Assembly (NCBI GenBank): GCA_040398965.1
Contig: JBBASZ010000008.1
Coordinates: 18,087 to 82,086 of the forward strand
Source: Solirubrobacteraceae bacterium
Lineage (GTDB): Bacteria > Actinomycetota > Thermoleophilia > Solirubrobacterales > Solirubrobacteraceae
Reading direction: 5' to 3'
DNA length: 64,000 bases
A program made the position numbers and the translations under genes. Within the stretch, counting starts at the first letter, position 1; each line of letters begins with the position of its first letter. The notes under the pieces were generated by a model. That model was not told where the DNA came from, did no database searches, and was given only the letters and a program-made list of their open reading frames with translations. Shown here piece after piece: positions 17,638 through 25,825 of the stretch.

Positions 17638-19512
17638 GTGAAGAAACAGGTACTCGTAAGCGTCGATCCGTGGGAGACCCGGGTCGCATTGCTCGAACAG
17701 GCCGGCACCCCGGGCAGGTCGGACTCACGTCCGGCGCCCGGGTCGAACCCGGCAGAGGGTTACCGCGTCGCCGAGATGTACATCGAGCGCCGGGGCAGCC
17801 GCTCCATCGTGGGCAACATCTACAAGGCGCGGGTCGACAACGTAGTCGACGGCCTCGAGGCCGCCTTCGTCGATATCGGCCTCGAGAAGAACGCCTTCCT
17901 GCACATCGACGAGATCGTGCTGCCGGGCGTAGAGATCCCGCGTCGCGGCCGCGGCGAAGGAGGAGGGAAGCGGATCAGCTCCCTGCTCAAGCCCGGCCAG
18001 GAGATCATCGTCCAGGTCGTAAAGGACCCACTCAAGACCAAGGGGGCCCGCTGCACCATGGACCTCGCGGTTGCGGGTCGCTACCTCGTCTACACGCCCA
18101 CAGGCGAAGGGGTCGGCATCTCCAAGCGCCTCGAGGACAAGGAGCGCGACCGTCTCCGGCGCGCCGCCAAGTCGCTCGACCTTGAAGGAGGAGGCGTAAT
18201 CGTCAGGACCGCCGCACACGGCGCCAGGAAGGAGGACCTCAGCCGGGAGCTGCCTTACCTCTTCAAGCTCCATGAGGTGCTGCAGGCCAGGGCCGAGGAG
18301 CAGACGGCACCATCGCTGGTCTTCCAGGAGGCCGACCTTTCCATCCGCGTGGTCAGGGACGTCTTCAGCGCCGACTTCGAGCGAGCGATCGTCGACGACG
18401 AGAAGCAGCTCCAGCGGCTCCAGTCGTTCTTCGCCAGGACCTCTCCGGAGCTCGTCGACCGGGTCGAGCTCTGGCAGGAGTCGACGCCCCTGTTCGAACA
18501 GGCAGGGGTGGAGGAGGTCATCGAGGGAATGACATCCCGCCGGGTGGACCTTCCCAGCGGCGGCTACCTGATGATCGACTACGGCGAGGCGCTCACCGTC
18601 TTCGACGTCAACTCGGGCTCCTTCGTCGGGCGGGGCAAGCAGGCGCGCCTCGAGGACACGATCACCAAGACGAACCTCGAGGCGGCCGACGAGGTCGTCC
18701 GCCAGCTGCGCCTGCGGGATATCGGCGGCATCATCGTCATCGACTTCATCGACATGGCCAAGGCGCGCAACCGTGACGCCGTCATGAAGACGCTTCGCAA
18801 GGCGCTCGACGAGGATCGGACCAAGACCTTCACGGCGGAGATATCGAAGCTGGGACTGGTCGAGATGACCCGCCAGAACGTCACCGAGGGAGTCCGGGAG
18901 ATCATCTCCCGGACCTGCCCGACCTGCGACGGGGATGCAGTGATCCTCAGCGAGGAGACGATCTCGATCGACTTCGACCGGCGCCTGAGGGAGCTGGCGG
19001 CCAGGTCGCCGCGCTCGACCGAGGCCTTCCTGGTCCAGATGAATCCGCTGGTGAGCGTCGAGTTCACCGGTGGCGGTGCCAGGATGCTCCGGGAGCTCGA
19101 GGAGGCGACCGGCAAGGTCTTCCACTTCGAGGGCTCCGAGGCACTGGCCCACGATCACTTCGAGGTGGTGATGGAGGGCTCGGCCGAGGATGTGGCGGCC
19201 CGGGCGATCCCGTTCCGCGAGGGCGAAGAGGTGCTCGTGACGATCGTCGAGCCCCACATGTACAACGCCGACGACGCCGTCGCGAAGATCGACGGCTACG
19301 TCGTATCGGTGGCCGGAGGAGGTCCCCACATCGGGGAGAAGCAGATGGTCAGGATCGAGGAGGCGGGTCGCAACTCGGCACGCGCCACGATGCTTGAGGC
19401 CCCCGGCTCCGGCGATGGCCTAGAATCCGGGTCCCGTGGCTCAGGCCGATCCCGGCCGGGGCGGCGGGAAGCGGAGCCTGCGGCCGCCGGCTCCGAGAAC
19501 AAGACCGACTGA
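17638..19512 (+). CDS. Rne/Rng-family ribonuclease (RNase E/G)
   Basis: ORF track, 624 aa. S1 domain GNIYKARVDNVVDGLEAAFVDIG, DNase-I-like catalytic region, CPTCDG zinc-link, then a Gly/Ser/Arg-rich tail. Confidence 0.9.
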   Translation: MKKQVLVSVDPWETRVALLEQAGTPGRSDSRPAPGSNPAEGYRVAEMYIERRGSRSIVGNIYKARVDNVVDGLEAAFVDIGLEKNAFLHIDEIVLPGVEIPRRGRGEGGGKRISSLLKPGQEIIVQVVKDPLKTKGARCTMDLAVAGRYLVYTPTGEGVGISKRLEDKERDRLRRAAKSLDLEGGGVIVRTAAHGARKEDLSRELPYLFKLHEVLQARAEEQTAPSLVFQEADLSIRVVRDVFSADFERAIVDDEKQLQRLQSFFARTSPELVDRVELWQESTPLFEQAGVEEVIEGMTSRRVDLPSGGYLMIDYGEALTVFDVNSGSFVGRGKQARLEDTITKTNLEAADEVVRQLRLRDIGGIIVIDFIDMAKARNRDAVMKTLRKALDEDRTKTFTAEISKLGLVEMTRQNVTEGVREIISRTCPTCDGDAVILSEETISIDFDRRLRELAARSPRSTEAFLVQMNPLVSVEFTGGGARMLRELEEATGKVFHFEGSEALAHDHFEVVMEGSAEDVAARAIPFREGEEVLVTIVEPHMYNADDAVAKIDGYVVSVAGGGPHIGEKQMVRIEEAGRNSARATMLEAPGSGDGLESGSRGSGRSRPGRREAEPAAAGSENKTD

Positions 19513-19517
19513 GAGAG

Positions 19518-19964
19518 ATGTACGCAATCGTCAAGACAGGTGGCAAGCAGTACCGCGTCGAGGAGGGGCAGAGCCTGCTCGTGGAACGACTTCCCGACGA
19601 TGAGGGAGCGACCGTCACCCTTGAGCCGATCATGTACCGCTCCGACGAGGTTGTCGTCGATCCTGCGGGGCTGGGCAAGGTGAAGGTCCAGGCCAGGGTC
19701 CTCGAGCACCTGCGCGGCGAGAAGATCCGTGTCTTCAAGTTCAAGCCCAAGCGCGGCTACAAGCGCACCCAGGGCCACCGCCAGGAGCTGACCCGGATCG
19801 AGGTCACCGGCATCTCGATGGGCGCCGCAGCCAAGAAGGCGCCGGCCGCCAAGGCAGCTACCGGGGAGCCGGCCTCCAAGGCGACGGCGAGCAAGCCCGC
19901 GGCGAGCAAGCCCGCGGCGAAGAAGCCCGCGGTGAAGAAGCCTGCGGCAGGAAAGGACAGCTAG
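19518..19964 (+). CDS. rplU: 50S ribosomal protein L21 with Ala/Lys/Pro-rich C-terminal extension
   Basis: ORF track, 148 aa. [14 protein letters not shown] core of about 100 aa, followed by [45 protein letters not shown]. Confidence 0.95.
   Translation: MYAIVKTGGKQYRVEEGQSLLVERLPDDEGATVTLEPIMYRSDEVVVDPAGLGKVKVQARVLEHLRGEKIRVFKFKPKRGYKRTQGHRQELTRIEVTGISMGAAAKKAPAAKAATGEPASKATASKPAASKPAAKKPAVKKPAAGKDS
19887..19946 (+). repeat. four in-frame tandem 15-bp repeats inside rplU
   Basis: The four units are gcgagcaagcccgcg, gcgagcaagcccgcg, gcgaagaagcccgcg and gtgaagaagcctgcg. They encode [20 protein letters not shown]. Confidence 0.9.
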
Positions 19965-19966
19965 CA

Positions 19967-20227
19967 ATGGCACACAAGAAGGGCGGCGGCTCCTCCCGTA
20001 ACGGCCGCGACTCCGAATCGAAGCGCCTCGGCGTGAAGGTCTTCGGCGGCCAGGCCGTCAACGGTGGCGAAATCATCGTCCGCCAGCGGGGGACCCGCTT
20101 CCGCGCCGGCGAGGGTGTAGGCATGGGCCGCGACCACACCCTCTTTGCCAAGGGCCCCGGCGTCGTGCAGTTCAGCGAGGGGCGTGCCGGCCGCTTCGTG
20201 AGCGTCGTCTCGCCCGGCCAGGACTGA
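19967..20227 (+). CDS. rpmA: 50S ribosomal protein L27
   Basis: ORF track, 86 aa. [16 protein letters not shown], with no Prp-cleaved N-terminal extension. Confidence 0.95.
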   Translation: MAHKKGGGSSRNGRDSESKRLGVKVFGGQAVNGGEIIVRQRGTRFRAGEGVGMGRDHTLFAKGPGVVQFSEGRAGRFVSVVSPGQD

Positions 20228-20240
20228 ACGCTCCGCCCGA

Positions 20241-20933
20241 TCAGATCGGCTGGATCGTCGGCCTGATCAGGATCTCGTTCACGTCGACCCGCTCGGGCTG
20301 CGAGATCGCCCAGATGACCGCGCCCGCGATGTCCTCCTCCTCGAGGATTCCGTCGGCCGGCTTCTTTTCGAAGAAAGGCGTGTCGACCATCCCCGGTTCG
20401 ATAAGCGTCACGCGGACTCCCGTGCCGGCCAGTTCGGCGCGCAGCGACTGACCCATCCCGGTGACCGCCCACTTGGTAGAGGAGTAGAGGCTTCCGGGAA
20501 GCGCGATCCGGCCGGCCACCGACCCGGTCAGGAGGAAGTGGCCCTTCGCAGCGCGCACGGCGTCGAAGGTGGCACGGACCGTGTAGGCCGCCCCGAGGAC
20601 ATTGGTGAGGACCATCTCGCGCCAGTGGTCCGGGCTGTCCCCTTCGGGCGAGAAGCTGCGCTTACCCCCGAACCCGGCGTTGGCGAAAACAATGTCGATC
20701 GCCCCGAACCGCTCGAGGGTGGCCTCGGCGAGGCGCTCGTTCTCCTCCCAGGAGGTGACGTCGACAGGGACGGTGAGCGTCTCGCCCTCGCACCGCGAGG
20801 CGACCTCGTCGAGGGCGTCCTGCCGGCGCGAGGCGAGTACGAGGCGGTAGCCGCGGCGCGAGGCCTCGATTGCCGTTGCGGCACCGATCCCGCTCGATGC
20901 TCCGGTGATCACGAATACCCTGCTGTCGGCCAT
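20241..20933 (-). CDS. SDR-family oxidoreductase
   Basis: ORF track 20241..21422 (-). Realistic start is ATG 20931-20933 (MADSRVFVITGASSGIGAATA). Contains the TGxxxGxG and YSSTK catalytic motifs. The upstream part of the ORF is antisense to obg. Confidence 0.85.
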   Translation of the reverse strand: MADSRVFVITGASSGIGAATAIEASRRGYRLVLASRRQDALDEVASRCEGETLTVPVDVTSWEENERLAEATLERFGAIDIVFANAGFGGKRSFSPEGDSPDHWREMVLTNVLGAAYTVRATFDAVRAAKGHFLLTGSVAGRIALPGSLYSSTKWAVTGMGQSLRAELAGTGVRVTLIEPGMVDTPFFEKKPADGILEEEDIAGAVIWAISQPERVDVNEILIRPTIQPI

Positions 20934-20981
20934 GGCTGTGCCCTTTCGTTCCGGGAGTGGCGGCAGTCGGCCTGATCGCCG

Positions 20982-22256
20982 ATGCTCCAAGACAAGGCTC
21001 GCATATTCGTGAAGGGAGGCGGGGGCGGCGACGGCTGCACCTCGTTTCGCCGCGAGGCCCACGTCCCCCGTGGAGGCCCGGACGGCGGTGACGGCGGACA
21101 TGGCGGCGCAGTCGTCATCGCCTGCGACCCGTCGCTCCGTGACCTCCAGTCGCTGGGACGCCGCAATCGCTGGGAGGCCGGGCGCGGCCGTCACGGCGAG
21201 GGTGCCAACCGCCGGGGCGCCGATGGGGAGCAGCTGATCATCGCGGTTCCCCCCGGAACCGTCGTCGAGTCCGACGACGGCAGCGTCTTCGACCTGATTG
21301 CGCCCGGGCAGCGGGCCGTCGTGGCGAGCGGCGGTTCCGGCGGCCGGGGCAACGCACGGTTCAAGAGCTCGACCAGGCGCGCCCCGCGCTTCTCCGAGCG
21401 CGGCCTCGAGGGAGAGGAGCACTGGCTGGACCTGCGGCTCAAGCTCCTCGCCGACGTCGGGCTGGTCGGCCTGCCCAACGCCGGCAAGTCATCGCTGGTG
21501 TCGGTCCTTACCCGCGCCCGCCCGAAAGTCGGCGACTACCCGTTCACCACGCTCGAGCCCCAGCTCGGAGTGCTCGACCGCGGGGGCCGGCAGCTGGTGA
21601 TCGCAGACGTCCCGGGCCTGATCGAGGGGGCCGCCGAGGGTGCCGGTCTCGGGCTCGAGTTCCTGGCCCACCTGGAGCGCACGACGCTCCTGGTGCACGT
21701 CGTGGAGATCGCGCCGCTCGACGGCTCCGACCCGGCCCGGTCGTGGGGGGCGATCGAGAACGAGCTTCGCAGCCACGACGAGGGCCTCGCCCGGCTGCCC
21801 CGGGTGCTCGCCCTCTCCAAGGCAGACCTCGTTGACGAGGCGCGCCGGAAGGAGGCCGCGGCCGAGTGGGAGAAGAGGCTCGGCCCCGGGGTCCCGGTGG
21901 TCGTTACGTCGAGCGCGACCCGCGAGGGGATCGACGACCTGGCCGACCTGCTCGTGCGGCTGACACCCGAGGCCGGGACCGTCGCCCCGGCCGACGAGGC
22001 GATGGCCGAGCACATCACCTACCGTCCCGGGCCGCCGGCCGGGTGGACGGTCGAGGGGGGCGAGGGCCGGTTCACGGTCTCCGGGCCGGCGGTGGAGAGG
22101 CTGGTAGCCCGGTTCGACCTGGAGAACGAGGACGCGATGGCCGAGGCCGAGCGGCGCCTGCGGCGAATGGGCGTGATCGCGGAGCTCGAGGCGAGGGGAT
22201 TCAGCCCCGGCGACGAGGTGGAGATCGCCGGGGTGCAGTTCGAATTGGAGGCGTAA
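20982..22256 (+). CDS. obg: GTPase Obg/CgtA
   Basis: ORF track, 424 aa. Glycine-rich Obg fold (GGGGGDGCTSFRRE), G1 GLPNAGKSS, C-terminal OCT domain. Confidence 0.95.
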   Translation: MLQDKARIFVKGGGGGDGCTSFRREAHVPRGGPDGGDGGHGGAVVIACDPSLRDLQSLGRRNRWEAGRGRHGEGANRRGADGEQLIIAVPPGTVVESDDGSVFDLIAPGQRAVVASGGSGGRGNARFKSSTRRAPRFSERGLEGEEHWLDLRLKLLADVGLVGLPNAGKSSLVSVLTRARPKVGDYPFTTLEPQLGVLDRGGRQLVIADVPGLIEGAAEGAGLGLEFLAHLERTTLLVHVVEIAPLDGSDPARSWGAIENELRSHDEGLARLPRVLALSKADLVDEARRKEAAAEWEKRLGPGVPVVVTSSATREGIDDLADLLVRLTPEAGTVAPADEAMAEHITYRPGPPAGWTVEGGEGRFTVSGPAVERLVARFDLENEDAMAEAERRLRRMGVIAELEARGFSPGDEVEIAGVQFELEA

Positions 22257-22270
22257 GCGGCCGCCGCGGT

Positions 22271-22276
22271 TACCCT
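22271..22276 (+). promoter_or_regulatory. candidate -10 hexamer TACCCT, 9 nt upstream of the proB ATG
   Basis: Sequence is cggtTACCCTgccccggtcATG, 15 nt after the obg stop. Confidence 0.3.
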
Positions 22277-22285
22277 GCCCCGGTC

Positions 22286-23377
22286 ATGGGCCGCTACGTG
22301 GTCAAGCTGGGTTCGAACATCGTCGCCGACGACGGCGGAGCCCTGCGCGAGGACGTGATGCGCTCGGTCTGCGGCCGGATCGCCGAGCGCCACCGGGCCG
22401 GCGACGACTTCGTCGTGGTCAGCAGTGGGGCAATCGCCCGCGGCATGGAGGCGATGGGGCTCTCCGAGCGCCCGGCTTCCATGGCCGACCTGCAGGCCGC
22501 CAGCGCCGTTGGGCAGGGACGGCTCTACCGGGTCTGGGACGAGTTGCTTTCGGCCGAGAGTCTCTCGAGCGCCCAGGTCCTGCTCACCCTCTTCGACGTC
22601 GGCCACCGGGCCCACTACCTCAATGCACGCCAGACCCTCGGCCGTCTCCTGGACTGGCGCGTGGTGCCGGTAGTCAACGAGAACGACACCACGGCAACCG
22701 AGGAGATCTCCTTCGGCGACAACGACTTCCTGGCCGCCCAGGTGGCGATCCTCTGCGGCGCCGACCGGCTCGTCCTGCTCACCAACCAGGACGGACTCCA
22801 TGAACGGGACCCGCGCCAGGACCCGGACGCTCCGCTGGTGGAGGTGGTGGAGGACCCGCAGGAGCTCGAGGCCTACGCGATCGGCCAGGCGCCCTCGGGG
22901 CTCGGCTCAGGGGGGATGCGGTCAAAGGTGGTCGCGGCCGAGATGGCTACCGCCGCCGGTATACCGACGGTCATCTGCAACGGCCTTACCGAAGGCGCCC
23001 TCGACCGGGCCATGGACGGCGAAAGGGAGGGAACCCGGTTCTCGGCCCGCGACCTGGCCTACTCGAGCTTCGAACTCTGGCTGCGCTATGCAAAGCCGAC
23101 CAGCGGGCAGATCACCATCGACGATGGTGCCGCGAAGGCGCTGCGAAGCGATGGGGCGTCCCTGCTGCCGGTAGGTGTGGTGGGGGTCGAGGGCAGCTTT
23201 GGAGCCGGCGACGCGGTGGAGATCGTGAGCGGCGGCGTCGCGGTTGCGAAGGGGATTGCCGCGATCGGGTCGGAGGAGCTTGCCGTCCTCGCCGGGATGC
23301 GCTCCGCCGACGCCGATGCCCATCTCGGACGCCCCGCCGGCGAGGCCGTTCACCGGGACATGCTCGTGCTCGTCTGA
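22286..23377 (+). CDS. proB: glutamate 5-kinase (with PUA domain)
   Basis: ORF track 21866..23377, whose 5' part overlaps obg. ATG 22286 gives MGRYVVKLGSNIV, the typical ProB N-terminus. Confidence 0.9.
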   Translation: MGRYVVKLGSNIVADDGGALREDVMRSVCGRIAERHRAGDDFVVVSSGAIARGMEAMGLSERPASMADLQAASAVGQGRLYRVWDELLSAESLSSAQVLLTLFDVGHRAHYLNARQTLGRLLDWRVVPVVNENDTTATEEISFGDNDFLAAQVAILCGADRLVLLTNQDGLHERDPRQDPDAPLVEVVEDPQELEAYAIGQAPSGLGSGGMRSKVVAAEMATAAGIPTVICNGLTEGALDRAMDGEREGTRFSARDLAYSSFELWLRYAKPTSGQITIDDGAAKALRSDGASLLPVGVVGVEGSFGAGDAVEIVSGGVAVAKGIAAIGSEELAVLAGMRSADADAHLGRPAGEAVHRDMLVLV

Positions 23378-23389
23378 GCCGGCGCCGAC

Positions 23390-23395
23390 TAGGCT
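23390..23395 (+). promoter_or_regulatory. candidate -10 hexamer TAGGCT, 6 nt upstream of the proA GTG (leaderless-type)
   Basis: Sequence is gacTAGGCTctttgcGTGgcc. Confidence 0.3.
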
Positions 23396-23401
23396 CTTTG
23401 C

Positions 23402-24676
23402 GTGGCCACGAAGGCTAAGGACGTCGCCGAGCTCTGCGGGGCTGCGCATGCCGCCGCCCCGCAGGTCGCGGCCTCCAGCCGCGATGTCCGGGACGGAGCC
23501 CTGGAGGCCATCGCCGCCGGCCTGGAGGCTGGCGCCGACGAGATTCTCGGCGCCAACGAGGCGGATCTAGAGGCCGGGCGCGAGGCGGGCCTCAGCGACG
23601 CCCTGCTCGATCGCCTGGCCCTCGACCCGGAACGGATCGGGGCCATCGCCGCCGGTGCCCGCGCCGTAGCCGCGCTCGACGACCCGGTGGGAGAGCTGCT
23701 GGAGGAGCGGTCGCTTCCCAACGGCCTGCAGCTGAGAAAGGTCCGGGTGCCCCTGGGGGTGGTCGCCGTCGTCTACGAGGCACGGCCAAACGTCACCATC
23801 GACTCCGCGGCCCTGTGCCTGAAGGCCGGGAACGCCGTGGTCCTCCGCGGGTCGGCCTCGGCTGCCCGCACCAACGAGGTCCTGGCGCGCATCGCGGCAG
23901 AGGCGGTTGTCTCCGCCGGGCTGCCCGCGGAGGCGGTGACGCTGGTCGGGGGCGGTGACAGGGCCGAGCTGGCGCAGCTCGCCACGCAGGATCGAACGGT
24001 GGACCTGATCATTCCCCGTGGCGGCGAAGGGCTCAAGAAGGCGCTGGAGGGCGTGGCAACCGTGCCGGTGATCTTCGCGGCGGCCGGGAACTGCCACGTC
24101 TACGTCGACTCCTCGGCCGACCTTGCGATGGCCACCCGCATCGCCGTCAACGCGAAGGTGCAGCGGCCGGGAGTCTGCAATGCGGCGGAGACCCTCCTGG
24201 TCCACCGCGAAATCGCCCCGGAGTTCCTGCCCCTCGTGGCCCGCGAGCTGGTGGCCGCCGGGGTCGAGATCCGCGCGGACGAGCGCAGCCGCGCCGCCAT
24301 GGGCCCCGGGCTCGCCGACCAGGCCCGGGCGGCGGTGGAAGAGGACTGGGCGACCGAGTTCCTGGCGCCGATCCTCGCCGTTGGCGTGGTCGATTCGCTC
24401 GAGGAGGCGGTTGGGCACATCGCGCGCTTCGGCAGCCGGCATTCGGAGGCGATCGTCACCGGAGACCCCGATGCGGCCCGGCGCTTCGAGCTGGAGGTCG
24501 ATGCGGCCTGCGTCTACGTCAACGCTTCAACGCGCTTCACCGACGGCGGCGAGTTCGGGATGGGGGCGGAGATCGGCAACTCGACGCAGAAGCTCCACGT
24601 TCGCGGGCCGATCGGGCTTCGCGAACTCTGCACCTACAAGTACCTGATCCACGGGGACGGCCAGATCCGAGAGTGA
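23402..24676 (+). CDS. proA: glutamate-5-semialdehyde dehydrogenase
   Basis: ORF track, 424 aa, aldehyde dehydrogenase fold with typical ProA strings (LIIPRGG, AAGNCH). Follows proB. Confidence 0.9.
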   Translation: MATKAKDVAELCGAAHAAAPQVAASSRDVRDGALEAIAAGLEAGADEILGANEADLEAGREAGLSDALLDRLALDPERIGAIAAGARAVAALDDPVGELLEERSLPNGLQLRKVRVPLGVVAVVYEARPNVTIDSAALCLKAGNAVVLRGSASAARTNEVLARIAAEAVVSAGLPAEAVTLVGGGDRAELAQLATQDRTVDLIIPRGGEGLKKALEGVATVPVIFAAAGNCHVYVDSSADLAMATRIAVNAKVQRPGVCNAAETLLVHREIAPEFLPLVARELVAAGVEIRADERSRAAMGPGLADQARAAVEEDWATEFLAPILAVGVVDSLEEAVGHIARFGSRHSEAIVTGDPDAARRFELEVDAACVYVNASTRFTDGGEFGMGAEIGNSTQKLHVRGPIGLRELCTYKYLIHGDGQIRE

Positions 24677-25281
24677 GCGCCGTCGGGATCCTCGGGGGCA
24701 GCTTCAACCCCCCTCACATTGGGCATCTCACATGCGCCCGCATGGCGGCCGAGCAGCTCGGCCTTCAGCGTGTCCTGGTGATGCCGCTCAGCGAGCCGTC
24801 CCACCGGGAGCTTGCCGACGATCCGGGCCCCGCTGCGCGCCTGGAACTCTGTGAGCTGGCCACGGCCGGTGACCCGGTCCTGGAGGCCAGCGATGTCGAG
24901 GTTGCCCGGGGAGGCGTCAGCTTCACGGCGGAAACCCTGGAGGCACTCGGCGACGGGGAGGTCGCGCTCACACTGATCCTCGGCGCCGACGCGGCCGGTC
25001 GCATCGACTCCTGGCGAAGGCCCGAGAGGGTCCTCGAGCTCGCCGGGCTTGCCGTCGCCCCGAGGGCGGGCGCCACCGGCGCCGATGAGGTTGCGCGCGG
25101 GGTGACGGAGCGGTTTCCCGGTGCGCGCGCCGTCAGCTTCGAGATGCCGTGCATCGATATCTCTTCGTCGATGATCAGGGAACGTGTCGCCTCCGGGAGG
25201 ACGATCAGGGATCTCGTTCCCCCCGCGGTGGAAGCGGCCATCGGGGCCAACGGCTGGTACCGGGGGAGCGGGGCGGCTTGA
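24673..25281 (+). CDS. nadD: nicotinate-nucleotide adenylyltransferase
   Basis: ORF track, 202 aa. GGSFNPPHIGHL (HxGH). GTGA overlap with proA. Confidence 0.9.
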   Translation: MSAVGILGGSFNPPHIGHLTCARMAAEQLGLQRVLVMPLSEPSHRELADDPGPAARLELCELATAGDPVLEASDVEVARGGVSFTAETLEALGDGEVALTLILGADAAGRIDSWRRPERVLELAGLAVAPRAGATGADEVARGVTERFPGARAVSFEMPCIDISSSMIRERVASGRTIRDLVPPAVEAAIGANGWYRGSGAA

Positions 25282-25652
25282 GCGGCACGGCCGCCGGCGA
25301 GGCGCCCACCGGGCAGGTACTCCTGGAGGAGATCGCCGCCCTCGTCCTGGAGCTCAAGGCCCAGGATGTCGTCTCGATCGACCTGCGCGACGCGTCGGCC
25401 TTTACCGATTTCTTCCTGATCGCCGGCGCCACGAGCGACCGTCAGGCCCGGGCGATCTGCGAGAAGGTCCGCAGTGGCCTGAAGGAGGGCTACGGCGTCC
25501 TGCCGGCCCGCACCGAAGGGCTTCCCGAGGCTCGATGGGCCCTTCTCGATTACGGGGACGTCGTCCTCCACGTCTTCAGCGGCGAACTGCGCGAGCACTA
25601 CCGCCTCGAAGCCCTCTGGGGAGAGCTCCCCCGGCGGGAGTGGGGCGGCTGA
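25278..25652 (+). CDS. rsfS: ribosome silencing factor RsfS
   Basis: ORF track 25149..25652. TTG 25278 overlaps the nadD stop. Contains the string DFFLIAGATSDRQARAI. The start codon is uncertain. Confidence 0.8.
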   Translation: MSGTAAGEAPTGQVLLEEIAALVLELKAQDVVSIDLRDASAFTDFFLIAGATSDRQARAICEKVRSGLKEGYGVLPARTEGLPEARWALLDYGDVVLHVFSGELREHYRLEALWGELPRREWGG

Positions 25653-25676
25653 GCGGGAAGCGCCGGGCCGCCGCGA

Positions 25677-25749
25677 TGGAGCTGAGGGGGCTCGAACCCC
25701 TGACCTCCGCCATGCCATGGCGGCGCTCTCCCAGCTGAGCTACAGCCCC
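25677..25749 (-). tRNA. tRNA-Ala (anticodon GGC)
   Basis: The reverse complement folds into a 73-nt cloverleaf: acceptor GGGGCTG/CAGCTCC with the G3:U70 alanine identity pair, anticodon arm CCGCC-ATGGCAT-GGCGG, T arm AGGGG-TTCGAGC-CCCCT. No encoded CCA. Confidence 0.9.
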
Positions 25750-25762
25750 AGGTGCGCGGGGA

Positions 25763-25768
25763 AGTGTA
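25763..25768 (-). promoter_or_regulatory. candidate -10 hexamer TACACT, 13 nt upstream of the tRNA-Ala 5' end
   Basis: Minus-strand reading is gcTACACTtccccgcgcacctg followed by GGGGCTG. Confidence 0.3.
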
Positions 25769-25825
25769 GCGGCGCGGGCCGCTCCCGTCCGGCACCGCCT
25801 CGGCCACTATTCTCCGGACCTTCCG

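Noticed and set aside
19198-19512. C-terminal region of the RNase E/G homologue as a distinct TRAM-like RNA-binding domain.
   Set aside because: The beta-strand-like pattern (EVLVTIVEP...IDGYVVSVAGG...VRIEEAG) is suggestive, but I cannot support a domain assignment by eye. It needs an HMM search before being claimed.
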